From Phoronis australis (lineage: Eukaryota; Animalia; Phoronida): a DNA stretch of 64,000 nt. The notes under the pieces are model-generated. The model was not told the DNA's origin and made no database searches. It worked only from the letters and a program-made list of their open reading frames with translations. Location of the stretch: assembly GCA_002633005.1 (NCBI GenBank), contig NMRA01000039.1, forward strand, positions 489,225 through 553,224. Reading direction: 5' to 3'. The position numbers and the translations under genes are program-made. The first letter of the stretch is position 1. Each line of letters opens with the position of its first letter. This document shows positions 1-12,100 of the stretch, one piece after another.

Positions 1-84
1 ACTGTAAGGTGGCACCACCAGGCCACCACCTACCTCCAACAGCCACTGTAAGGTGGCACCACCAGGCCACCACCTACCTCCAAC
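1..84. repeat. 44-bp tandem repeat containing a BAZ2B splice donor
   Basis: actgtaaggtggcaccaccaggccaccacctacctccaaca x2. Confidence 0.9.
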
Positions 85-193
85 AACTGTTGAGCTCGTA
101 GCTCCCTCTCCATCCTCATTTCTTCCTGACGCTGCTGCTTCTCGCGCTGACGCAGCTGCTTGAAACGTTCCTTCTGTTTCAGACGCTCTTGCT
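78..193 (-). CDS. BAZ2B: BAZ2B exon (EQERLKQKERFKQLRQREKQQRQEEMRMERELRAQQLLE), coiled coil
   Basis: cag| acceptor at 194-195 and |gtaggt donor at 76-77; phase matches the preceding exon. Confidence 0.85.
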
Positions 194-3100
194 CTGTACG
201 ACGAAAGCCACATTAAGAACTTACATGCAAGTCCATCAAGCATATTTTAGCCTCTTACTGACTGGATATTTGAAGCAGCAAGAAGTTGGAACTATTTTAT
301 GCAACCAGCTTTTTGGCATTCCTATTACACAGTCAACAATGTCTGCCAAAGACAGAATTAAGTAATGATGAAGTTCATATTTACAGACATATGCATACAC
401 GTCTGAAAGTTTTGCAAGACTACCACCTACACCATGAAAGGCAAAAAACCTCAATAAAAAGGTTACAAACAGCTAAAAGGTGGAAAAGATGTCACACGTG
501 ACCAACAGGACATCGAGTTTAAGGCAATTACCACAGATGGTCACATGACAATTGAAAATTGGATGAAAGTCAATGAAAATTTTAAAATTGACACATCTAA
601 ACTTTGGTAAGTTTATCATTCGTCTCATTTTGCATCCTTTGGAAACAGTCACATTTACACAATATTTGTAAATAATACTAACACCTTCATTAAAGTTGAT
701 GATCATTTTGTCCTAACGTAAGACTTAAATCTATAGTGTCAAAATTATCAGAATGAGGGTGGTTTTTTGATTATAATGACATAACATCTCAGGGAGTTGC
801 AGTGAGAACCAAGTCAGACGTCACATGACTTACAGTGTCGTCTGCTCTCACCTTTGATTATTTTGTCATAACATATCACTTAAAAGTAATATTAACATGA
901 TGAAAAGAAAGTGTCAAACCTACAAGGTAAGGATATTTTTTTGAATATGATAGAGTCACGTGATCACGTGACTCCCACAGTGTCGTCTGCTCTCACCTCT
1001 CATCAGCTTCACCTTGGCCTTCTCCTTCCTCCTCATCTCGCGCTCGCCCTTCTTCTTCTGCCGCTGCTCCATCGCAAACTTGGCTATCTCCTGCTGCTCA
1101 ATCTTTTTGGCAATCTTTTCCTGTGCCGCCATCTTGGCAGCCTCTTTCTTCTTCTGCTGAGTCCGCTTGACAGCGCGCCGCTGCGCTGGCCGGCGCTGGA
1201 TGGCAGCACTCAGCAGTGTCTGCACTTCCTGCTCCGAGAGCGAGATCATGCCCTGAGCACAAAGACAGGTCAAGTTGTTAGTGCCACTTGCAGATTAACT
1301 TTGATCATCATCAGATATTATACAAATGTTGTCCGATCCTGAGAGTGATATTCGACCCGGGCAATGCTGCTCTCTTTCAATCCACAAAAGCTGATATCAC
1401 CCTCAAGATCAATCTATATTTGTTCCAATCGTCTAATGGTACCAGTGATTCTTTTCTCTAATTTCTCCGTCTCTTATTAGATTGACATTTTCTAGCTACA
1501 GTGATGTATTAGCAGCATCTGCTCAAAAGCTTATGATTTCCACTAACTGTTATTGGTCAAATCATGAATAAAACAAGTCCAATTCAACCTATACTTAAAC
1601 TGTGGTGTCCACCCATTGACTTTGCAATGCGTCCATGAACTTCTCAAATTAAAAATGACTCAGCCAGGTATCTGCAAGATTCCAGTGAGCATAGCCAAAA
1701 GAAAATGCTACTCAAGTAACAGCGAGTTATAATTTTTAAGCAAATAATTACAGAAAACAAAACAAAACAAAAATAAAGCCACAGCAGTTAAGACATACAT
1801 TTAGACTACTTCAGCACTAATACATATCTTTGAGACACGACACACATACATACATTGTTGCCGTCGTTGGACAATTCCAGGAAGTCGCCTATTCCAACTC
1901 GAGTACTGAAGTTGAAGTTCTCTCGAGTCAAATCAGTGATGCCATTTGTCGCCAGGTACTGGAAATGACCAACCAAGCGTTACTTTAAAGTCATCTCATA
2001 GCGGAAAGACATTTTAATTGTGATACAGACAAACTGATAGCTCGTTATTGCTCGAGAGACCAAGGACAAAAAGCTCGTTATTGCTCGAGACCAAGCTCAC
2101 CAAGCTCGCATGTCACAGCGGGTCATTTCAAGCACCGACCAAGATCTCAAGCGATGACAACTGGCAAGTTCTTTCCAAGCACAGACACCACTCTCAAATT
2201 TACAAGCAAGTCAGTTCAGTTTTATACCAAAGGTGCTTTAATAAACAAAAAGTTAATTTTTTGAGAGAACACAGCAGCTTTGACATCCATAAAACGCAGA
2301 TACGTAGATCATAAACCACCTGCTCAACTACTCTTCCTATCATTAGATTGCTTCAAACTAACTTTTCAGACTGATGAAAATAACAAAGTGTACGTTTATA
2401 CTGGTGTTGTTATAAATCAACGGGTTGTTGTGGTATAACCAAGAATTAGTCTTCTTACGCGCCATGTGTTGGACATGAAAACCAAAATTTTGGTTGAATG
2501 TTTTGGGGTAGAACCATTTGATGTGCTTATTTAATATGGCGTTCATGATAACATGGACCGCATGGAGTCACCTTTATGCGAAAATTTACCACTGACAGCT
2601 ATCTCAAATTTATTTCAAATCGAAGTTTGCAATTTTGCCTGCGTTGGTCTTGAATGCAATGTCACCCACCCAAGGACAGCTTAACCATCGAGCAATTCCT
2701 TTTTGGAAACAGTTATAAATAAACAAAGTTTTACATATCGGTTGCATAACAACACCTCTAGATTAAAACGATACAAACACTGAGGTCTAAATTTCTTGGC
2801 TTTTGTTTTCCACCGCATTTTGCACTAACAGAGAATGGGTTCATGTTCAACGGCATGACACAACTTGTCACATCTGAACATTTTCAAAATGCTACAGGAA
2901 AGTGTCACTCGTCACAGCTTTTTTTGGTGTTTTTTGCATGTACAAGTCATATCAAATTTGTTCTTTTCACATATGCGAGACAACATTTGTCAATGATAAC
3001 GATCCAATAATTTAAAAATTTGTGAAAAGATGAACCACCACTTGATGCAGAGTAAAATAAGTGTAAACCAAGCACAACACAAACAGTCCACTTGGCTCAG

Positions 3101-6100
3101 CAGATTACAATACACGCATGATGAATATTCAAAAAGAGTGAAGATGCAGTATTTCCCTCGAGCCTTGGAATGGTGAATGAACATTTAGTTTACCCGGAGC
3201 TGGACACGTCAGTTTCTTTTAAGTAAACTACATTAAAACGTCACAAAATGTCACAGAATTTTAAGCAATCGAGTTTTGTCACGGTGCCACTTTGAATTCA
3301 TTCTCTGGGTAAATATGGAATGAGGCACAGTAACCTGAAGTACGCGCTGTTTTTCACTTACCTTGTTGATCTCCAGAAGACTCTTCAACATTTTCCCACA
3401 GGGGGCATAGTAAACGACATCTCCCACAATGCCCCGTTGGCCCACTGTTCGTATTCTGGTCTCGCGCCTCCAGCTAGGACACACAAACGATACCAATGAT
3501 CACCACTGCACTAATAGGAATTTCCACCAATTCCCGCTGGTCAATCCATTTTGCATCTAACCAAAAACTCTGAATTCAAATTTCCCTGATACTCTATGAC
3601 TTGTAACCAATGGACATGCGCATCAACGTACACATTTGATAAAGGTTTGATCGGGTTTCCATTAGGACAGATTAGCCCAGACATAAGGCCACCAACCCAA
3701 TGATACCGTGGCAACCAACTGATATCATCTGCGTTATTGAACATCAGTAACATTTCAGCAAGACAGCATTCAGTTTTCAAAACACTAATTAGCTGGTTCC
3801 TTTTTATAACTTAAGGTTACGCAGGACTTTATTGACAAATCTTAGCATTTAGCCAAATATAACACTTTAAATCAATAAAAGTACACACTTACTGAATGTA
3901 GAAAGTAAGTAAAAGTACACACTTACTGAATGTAGAAAGTAAGTAAAATTTAATTTTTGACTTTTTACCAATCTGCCATTAATTGTAAACTCATTTCCTG
4001 ACAGTAATTATGAAGTGAGAGCACAAGACCTAATTCCTGTCTTAAGTTTGACTCACTTTTCCCCAAACACGCCCTTTAACATACCCGTGCTCAAGAGGAA
4101 TCCTAACTTCTTCTTCATTGACCTCACGTGACTTCTTCACAGGAACACTTCCATCAGTACCGGATGACTCCGCCCCGTCTCCTACCTTTCTCTTGGCGGG
4201 GGTCTTAGGCTCGCCGGAGTCGGAGTTGCTACCAGACTCGGAATCGCTACCTGAGCTACTCTCACTACTGCTGTCTTCGGAGTCTATAAACAAAAACAAG
4301 ACAGCCATCAAATTAGATTACAGGAGAGAAGAGCTTGTGAGACTGCCTGGTTTTCTCTTTGACATTCCACGCAGAGAAATTTTTTAAAACATGTTACTCC
4401 AAAAATAATTTGGAACATAAAATCTGGGTCAAAATATCTGTAACTTGGTGAGCATTTAGTTTGACGTAATACAGTAAGAATAACTTTGAAGAAGACTTTT
4501 ATGGAAACACTGAAAAGGACTTTAGCTCAATTCAGGCATTACTTCAGGATCCACTCTCAGTCTTTGGAATGGTTTATTGTGGTATTCATTTTAAGCATAA
4601 ATTACATTCCGGATTGTTCGCAACTATGGTGAAAATTCTCCAATTTGGGACGTGAAAACCCTCACATATTGAATTTTCTTTATTCTGGAATTTGGAACAA
4701 GGGCGATTTTGGCGTTGTAAAAGCGCACTCAAATTGAACATGGAAAAAATATTTCCAAAGGGTAAAAGATCAGTAAATGCAGAATTTGACGATCTTTCAA
4801 ATTATTACTGTTTCACTTTGACTGTACCTGAACCTGAAGATGAATTTGATGACGAATCACTGTTACCATCATTTGTGCCTTTCGCAGTCGACGTGCTGCT
4901 CAGAGTTTTGAACGTAGCCACCAGGGGGCGATCAGCAGAGGTCTCTACCTGCATGGCTGGTGGAGGAGATGCAGTTTTACCAAGAAGTACCTGTGCCAAT
5001 TTAGAGCCATCTTTGCCTTTAGATTTCTCATGCTGCAAAGAAGAATAATGGCCATAAATCAAAATTCCTGACATGATAGTGTTCACTAAGTATTAAAGTC
5101 CAACTATGCAAACATCAAGCTTTTGTTAACACGATTGCACCCTCAAATGTCACACATCTCTACTTCATAACCTGCCGAGTGAGAATGGATTTGGAAAGGC
5201 CTATGGTAATTCTCCACCCATCTCATTCCGCACACCAAAAATGATTTTGAAAACCAATACTCTGCCCCTCACTAATTTCGCACGAGACTACTGCTACAGG
5301 CCCTTCATGGCTATCATCAACATCAACTATTCAAGTTCAGCCACTGCACCTACCCTCCCTCAACCCGCCCATCATACATCTTCCGTACCTCTTTGGTGTG
5401 TTGGGTCACGCTCTTCTTAGCCATCTTCAGCATCAACTTGTCAAGTTCAGCCATGACTCCTAACTTCCCTCAACCCTCCCATCATACCCCTGTCTATACA
5501 TCCTCAGTGCGCTATTGCTGTGTTGGGTCAGAACTTTTCAGCCCTCTTCAGCATCAGTTATTCAAGCTCAGCCACCCCACCAACCTTCCCAACCCTCCCA
5601 TCAAATGCCTCCCTATACATCTTCAGTACCTCTTTGCTATGCTGAGCCAGTCCTTTCTTGGCCATCTTCAGCTGCAGCTGTTGCTGCTTCAGCTCAGCTT
5701 CAAGCCTCTCTCTCAGGTCATCCTGTTTGTGTTTCTGAGCCTGAAACAGACACGGTTTGAGCAAAGTGACTCCTGTTGGCCATTGGTTAATGCATCTGCT
5801 TAATGCTATGCAAGACTTAACTAAAAAGTCCAAAAATTCACACACTTACAAAACTACAGTAATTAACTCTGTATTACATTTTCTGTAAGCAGAAAGTCCG
5901 TAGATACTGATTTTTGACTTTATACCATTCTGTCATTAATTGGGTCAAGTGACCCTGCCATTTTAGTGAAACTTAAAATCTCAAAAACTGTTACAGTTTG
6001 CTAAAATATCAGTTCGTTTTCATTTTATGCAACTTTTGATCATTTTTTCAAAAATCACAAAGAATCCATGTTTGATAGCCCCTCATGAAAAAAGGTACAA

Positions 6101-9100
6101 TTTATAAAAAAATATTCAGACAATGTTTTGGAGAACAATACATAGAACATAGTGAGTGCAAGTTTCATATAAATCCAATCAACCATTGCGGAGACATAAC
6201 GCGCTGAAGTTGGCCATATTTGGACATTTTTCAGGTTCCTACGTACCATAACCTTCATGTTTGGAATGGTAACAAACCACATTAAGAAACGTCTTCTTCA
6301 GAAGTTTGGATTGTTCTTAAAGAATGTTCTATACATGGCTTAAAGCAACCTATGACACATGAAAAAGGTTGGATAAACAAATTCAAAACTTCTATAGGAC
6401 CACCAAAAATTCATCACAAGAGCCACTTTGGAAAGATATAATACCAAATGCAAAATTATATATTCACCATAAAAGAGATAATCCAGAAAGCGATGAAATT
6501 TATATCATTTTCCAAAATGGATGCTGGCAAGGCAAACGATTACCTTGACAGTGATATGCCAAAAGTGAGATCTATAAAACCGCGTAAATTAATCAGATTT
6601 TGAAAAATGGTCAAACTGCCACCTTGTTAACATTTGCTGAAAAAATGAACTCCAAACTTCTTTGACATCAACGAGCGTCAGTTACGTTTCAAATGGCGAC
6701 AAGAGCTAGTTGTTCTACACTTCGCAAAAGCTTTCATGTTAGTCTTCTCACCTGGGGGCTATTGATGTTTGTACATGGTATTTTGAGCAGGGTCTTGTTA
6801 CTGGACTTGGGCCGGCCCCTTGGTCGTCCGGGAATCTTTAACGGTGGAGACGTGCTACACGTAGCTTTCTTGTGAACATGATCGCGAATTTGATCAGCAA
6901 GCTTCTTCTTGTTCGGGTACTCCTAAAATATAGATTCACATATGAGATCAACTTCAACGGAGGTTGAACATTGACAGCAAATGTTTCAGTATGGCTCTAA
7001 GTATTACGTCTAAGCGAGACTATTCACACCCACGAATATACAACTTCAAACAAAGATAAACAAACTAAAGACAGTTAAGCAAAAATACAGTCAATTCCAT
7101 AGAGCAAACGCAATGTCCCACTCGCTATTCAACACATTCTTTGTCCGCCATTCGTGTTTATTCAGTGCAAGTGAATGCAGAACCAAGATGCGGGTTTTTT
7201 GTTGGTGCAGTTACGTCACTTTGTAATGTTCCTTGTTCGGGGGAACAGTAATTCCCATGGAAACATGTCTCTGAGATAACCAGTGCCCCGTTGCATGAAT
7301 CAGTCCCAAAAAGGGACCCAACTAAGATCCCTAAATCTAATGCGGGCTTGTGGAATTGTGAAAACACTACTAGTCATTTCTTATGCAGTTTTATTGTCAT
7401 TACTAAGTCAATTTTTGGCTTTGACGCAAAGCAAGAGTGAAGTTTATGTTGAATTCTCAATATTATTGAAAATAAGTAAGAATCTTTTCATGCAACGCCT
7501 CTAACTTAAGGACTAAATCCCTATTTATTTTCATTGACTTCAGGGCTCAGGTTTTATTTATACTATTAGAAAATGCCATGAGTCAAAGAGGAACTCATAA
7601 TAAAGATAAAATGATAGAAAACGATTATATCTGAGAGTAAAGAACGACACAAATATGCAGAAGATTTAGGGACCTTAGCTGAACCCCTATCTGTATCATG
7701 CAACCAGGCACAGGAATCTGAAGGTAACTGTAACATCAAAAACTATTGCACCCCCCTCCAATTGTCAAATCTGTTATGACTAGGGGAAGCAACAACATTG
7801 TCACATTGTAAATTTCAAACTAATTCCACTCAGACGCATAATTACTAAACAAACATTTTAATCTACTACTAGCTTCATTTCTACCGAACATGTGTCTCTT
7901 ATTTGCAAACAATGTAATCAGCATTTGAAAAATAAAAAAATTGCAATTTTGGCAATTAATTTTGTGTAAAATTAGAGAAAAATTAGTAACGCAAATGTCT
8001 AACACAACTAAATTGCTTAAATAGTTGAAAGACAACTTTCCTGCCAGTCTCAATGACGCCCATTAGGCAGCTGTCAAGTCACGAGCTACGTTGCCTCAAA
8101 TGCAACAAAAAACACAAATTCCAAACACCCCTTTTGCATATGTCTGGACAAGCTAGCGCAACCAAACCTCCTCACAAATTAGTCAGCTCTTGAAAAAGTT
8201 TTAGAGCATATTCTCCTCATACCAACTAACCTGTTGCTCCGAGGTTGCTTTGGGAGATGACATATTGCCTTGGGCTTCAGACTGTTTCTTTGACGATTCG
8301 GGATCCTGAGAATACAAAACATAACTGATAAGGCCTCAGTGTGATTGACATTTGATATAAATGTTACCTTGAATTTTGAATGTGTACAGACTGACACAAG
8401 TCCAGAGTGCAACAACTTAAAGCAATTAAAAGGGAAATTTTAAAATGCAACTGAACATCACTATCATTTGTAATACTTTTCACAAGGATCATTGGCTGAT
8501 TCAATAAGTTACAACTGACCCTTGAAACAGCACCAGAAAAGACTTATCCATCCCACAATGCACCATTTTCCAATTTCCATCAGTCAACAACCCAAAACTT
8601 TCCCAGAATGCACTGCTACCACTCACCGTCGTCTCCTCCCCGTCCTTGCCTTTAGTCTTCATCATCTGCTGCTCTGCAAACTTGCGCAGGTTTGGCATGG
8701 CGTCATACTGCGAGCTCCTCAGCTGGTTCACAAGGTGCTCGTGCTGCCGTTTCCGCAGCATCTCCGCGGCGAGCTCACGCTGAGCCTCACACTTGTCCGT
8801 CACTGACGAGGGAGGCACCTTGGCAGACTCCGCATTCTGCACAAAACAACATAAGATTTGAGGTCAAATTGCATTATTTTACTAGTCTATTTCTGTCAAA
8901 AAAGATGTGGTATTTTTGATTTCTTGTTTCTTTACGTGACTACATTTTACCCCAACTGACAGAATATTTAGTGACTGCTCTGATGACAATGATGTAGTTT
9001 AAAATTTTAACAATAATTTCTTTCCATGTTATGAAGAAGCCTTTGTCAGTAACGGATGGAAACACTGGTGAGGCCACACATAACAGTCACGTGATTAGTA

Positions 9101-12100
9101 ATTTATACTGCAAGCAAAGAATATAGCCTATAAGATGAATATCTTCACATTTCATGTACGCAAGTTTGGTGCTAAAGCTGCATCTCGTTCTGTTTAACGG
9201 GTTAAAAAACAAAAATCGAATTTCACCTTTTGCTCTTATAGAATCAGTTTCAAAATATACTTTAGCAAGATAAAATTCTATCACCGTTATCAACAGATAA
9301 TATTATAACCATCGGCAACTCAAGAAAAAGCTAAAACTGAGAATTGAAATTGGTGCATAAACACAATGCTTGTGACTTGAGTAGGTAGTGGAAAAGAATC
9401 ATTTCACAGTAAGGAATATCATGACCGATGTTATGAAAGCAAAAAGCCAAAATTAGATTTTTGTTGACCCAGTTTATCATATCTACGCAGTGAATCCTCA
9501 ATTTCATAGGAGATTACAGTAGTTTGATGGAATTTGATACAGAATCAAAGTTTACAATGACGAGGTATGTACTGGGGCAAGCGAAGAATGAATTTCTTCC
9601 CAAAACCCATCATTGACAGACGATTTTTTCCAGAAATCTTTAACACTCTACCTGGTGAATACCTGCCTCAACCTATGATGTGATGATTTAAAAATATCAT
9701 AAAACAATGTGTGTGCATCTTATTTTGAAAATTTCATAACAATCTCCTAACAAATAGCAATGTTCCAGCCTCATTACATAATTGCACCTGATAGGTATAC
9801 TCAGGGCTTGGAATGACCAATGATGCACCTGATAGGTATACTCAGAGCTTGGAATGACCAATGACAAAAAAACGCGAAAACTTTTACGGCCCAAAACATG
9901 TGCGCTACCCAGCCTTGAAATAGTCGATGTGAGCCTTTCGCTGACAAAAATCGGTAGGACTAAAAAAAAAACGTTATCACCATCAGTAGCATGCGTCTGC
10001 GTCTTTTTATCTCGTCCATCCACTCCTCCACTCCCACCCCCACACATTTTTGGCTGCAGAGACGTAGTATTTGTTACGGCGGTTTCCAATCACACGAGAC
10101 GCCATAGAAAATCCCACCACGCTATCCCAGATGCCCCGGCAATGTTGACAATTTACATTTCTCCGAAACATAAAGAGCAACTTCCGCTTTTCGAGGTGAA
10201 CGTCGTCGGCAATGCCGCGGTAAGAAAGGAATTTGCCGCGGAAATTTTATATCAAATCCGACTTTTTTTACGCGGAAATATAATAAAATGCGCGGGCAGA
10301 ACATTTGAAAAAAGCGGAAATCCACGTTTCCGCGGAAAATTCCAAGCTCTGTATCCTAAACATTCATTTGGCAGTGGGAAATGCAGATCTAGAAAACTTG
10401 GCAGTGAAACAGTTACCAAAAGCGTTTACCAACGAGAATGTATCCACCCCACGGTAACTCACGTGTTGCAGCTTTAGCACATGTTCTCGACGCATAAACT
10501 CTGCCTGTTGATTCTTAAGATGGTTAAGAACTTCTTTGGCCAAGAAATCATCGTCAGAATCCTTGCTCACGTCCTTGAAATGACAATAACAAGCGAGTAT
10601 GGATTCTATCATCCAGCCAATGAGCATTCAAGGCTTGACCCTTAGCATAACGTCAACTGGCCAAATGTGACCTGGCAAAATTCCCAGGAAGCCAAACGGG
10701 ATAATGTGGAAACGCCCTGTGAGGGGGTGAGAACGTCCTGGCCTCCACAACAATCGGAAATTAATAAACGGGACATCTGAGTAAAAAACACATCAAGCTC
10801 TCGTATTTTTTAAAAAGCTGCACAAAGGCATGTAAACAAGGGAAAGCAAAGTTTGAAGTGCTATGATTTGTCAAGCGGTGATTAAAAAACACAAATACCT
10901 CATCATTTTTGCTCATCTTTTGAAAAACCGAACAAACATTCCACACAATCAACTCGATTCTTAAAAATCCAGAGACCATAACCAGCTGTACTTCTTTGCT
11001 CTTAAAATTAGTTTAATGATGGGCCAGTCAGCAGGATACAAGAACAGTTGAATACGTGCATATATTGCGTATGTGCACAAATCTGGACCCTTGTGATTGT
11101 AAACTGTGATGCTATACAGTTTCATCCACCTGACTCGACACCGACATGAGCAATAACTGCAATTGAGCTAGAAATCCTCTGTAACATGAATAAGAAACAC
11201 TTTGGGGGGAGTTCTGTAACAGAGAGTGGTCTAAATCAAAGGCCGAATTCTCGCAGTTTTAACAATTATTTCATACTACAGCAGAAAGACCTCCAGCTAC
11301 TTTTACCGAAGGGGAATTTTTGACATCTTTAAGGTTATGTAGGACCCTATAAAAAGGTCCAAATTTGACTTACTTCAGAAGATCGTAACCCAGGAATGGC
11401 ATATCGGAATCATGAAACTTTCGGATACTAAGCTTTAGGCGCTGTTCACCAACACGCTGCTGGGAATGTTCCACTTATACATAAGGGGTTATCAGCATAT
11501 AGGACTTTTATGAAAAATCTCAGAAATTGAATAAAATAACAACGAAATGATAATTTAAGAAACTGTAATAGCGTTTTTGAACATACTCAAATGAAATCCG
11601 GTTGTGGTTTTGCTATAAATGTACCTTTCTTTGTTGCTAAATTTTACTAAAAAGACAGTCACATGACCCTATTAATAGCAAGTCGGTATAAAGTAAAAAA
11701 ATCAAATTCTACAGGATTTCTACTTTCAGAAAATATACGCTTTTATTTAGTTAAAACCTGCAGTGTTGCATATGTTTGGCTATGTACACATACTTATCCA
11801 TAAGGTTCTAAATAGACTTAACACCTCATTCTACAGCAGAATTACCTCGGACTCGGTTGATTTTAAAGTACTTTTGCTAGCAGATGAGTGTGCTGGGGGA
11901 GGGAGTGTTGCAGCTGGGGGCTGGTCTTTCGTTGTCTCATGAGGGACGGATAGTTCAGGAGGCCTGTGCTTTGAGCCAGACGTCTGCTCACCAGCTTTCG
12001 ACACCGTGGCAGCAGGACTAGAACGAGTTGCCGTTGACGACGAAGTCACAGTCGTCTTGGCATTGGTCTGCTTCAGGGGTGACGAGTGAGCAGACGATGT

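Noticed and set aside
911-1342. Leu-rich plus-strand ORFs opposite BAZ2B exons (also 4118, 4692, 5393, 8522, 13803, 15231)
   Set aside because: Antisense shadows of real minus-strand exons.
9854-10477. 207-aa plus-strand ORF
   Set aside because: Lies mostly within a non-autonomous TIR element, antisense to BAZ2B, with no recognisable domain.
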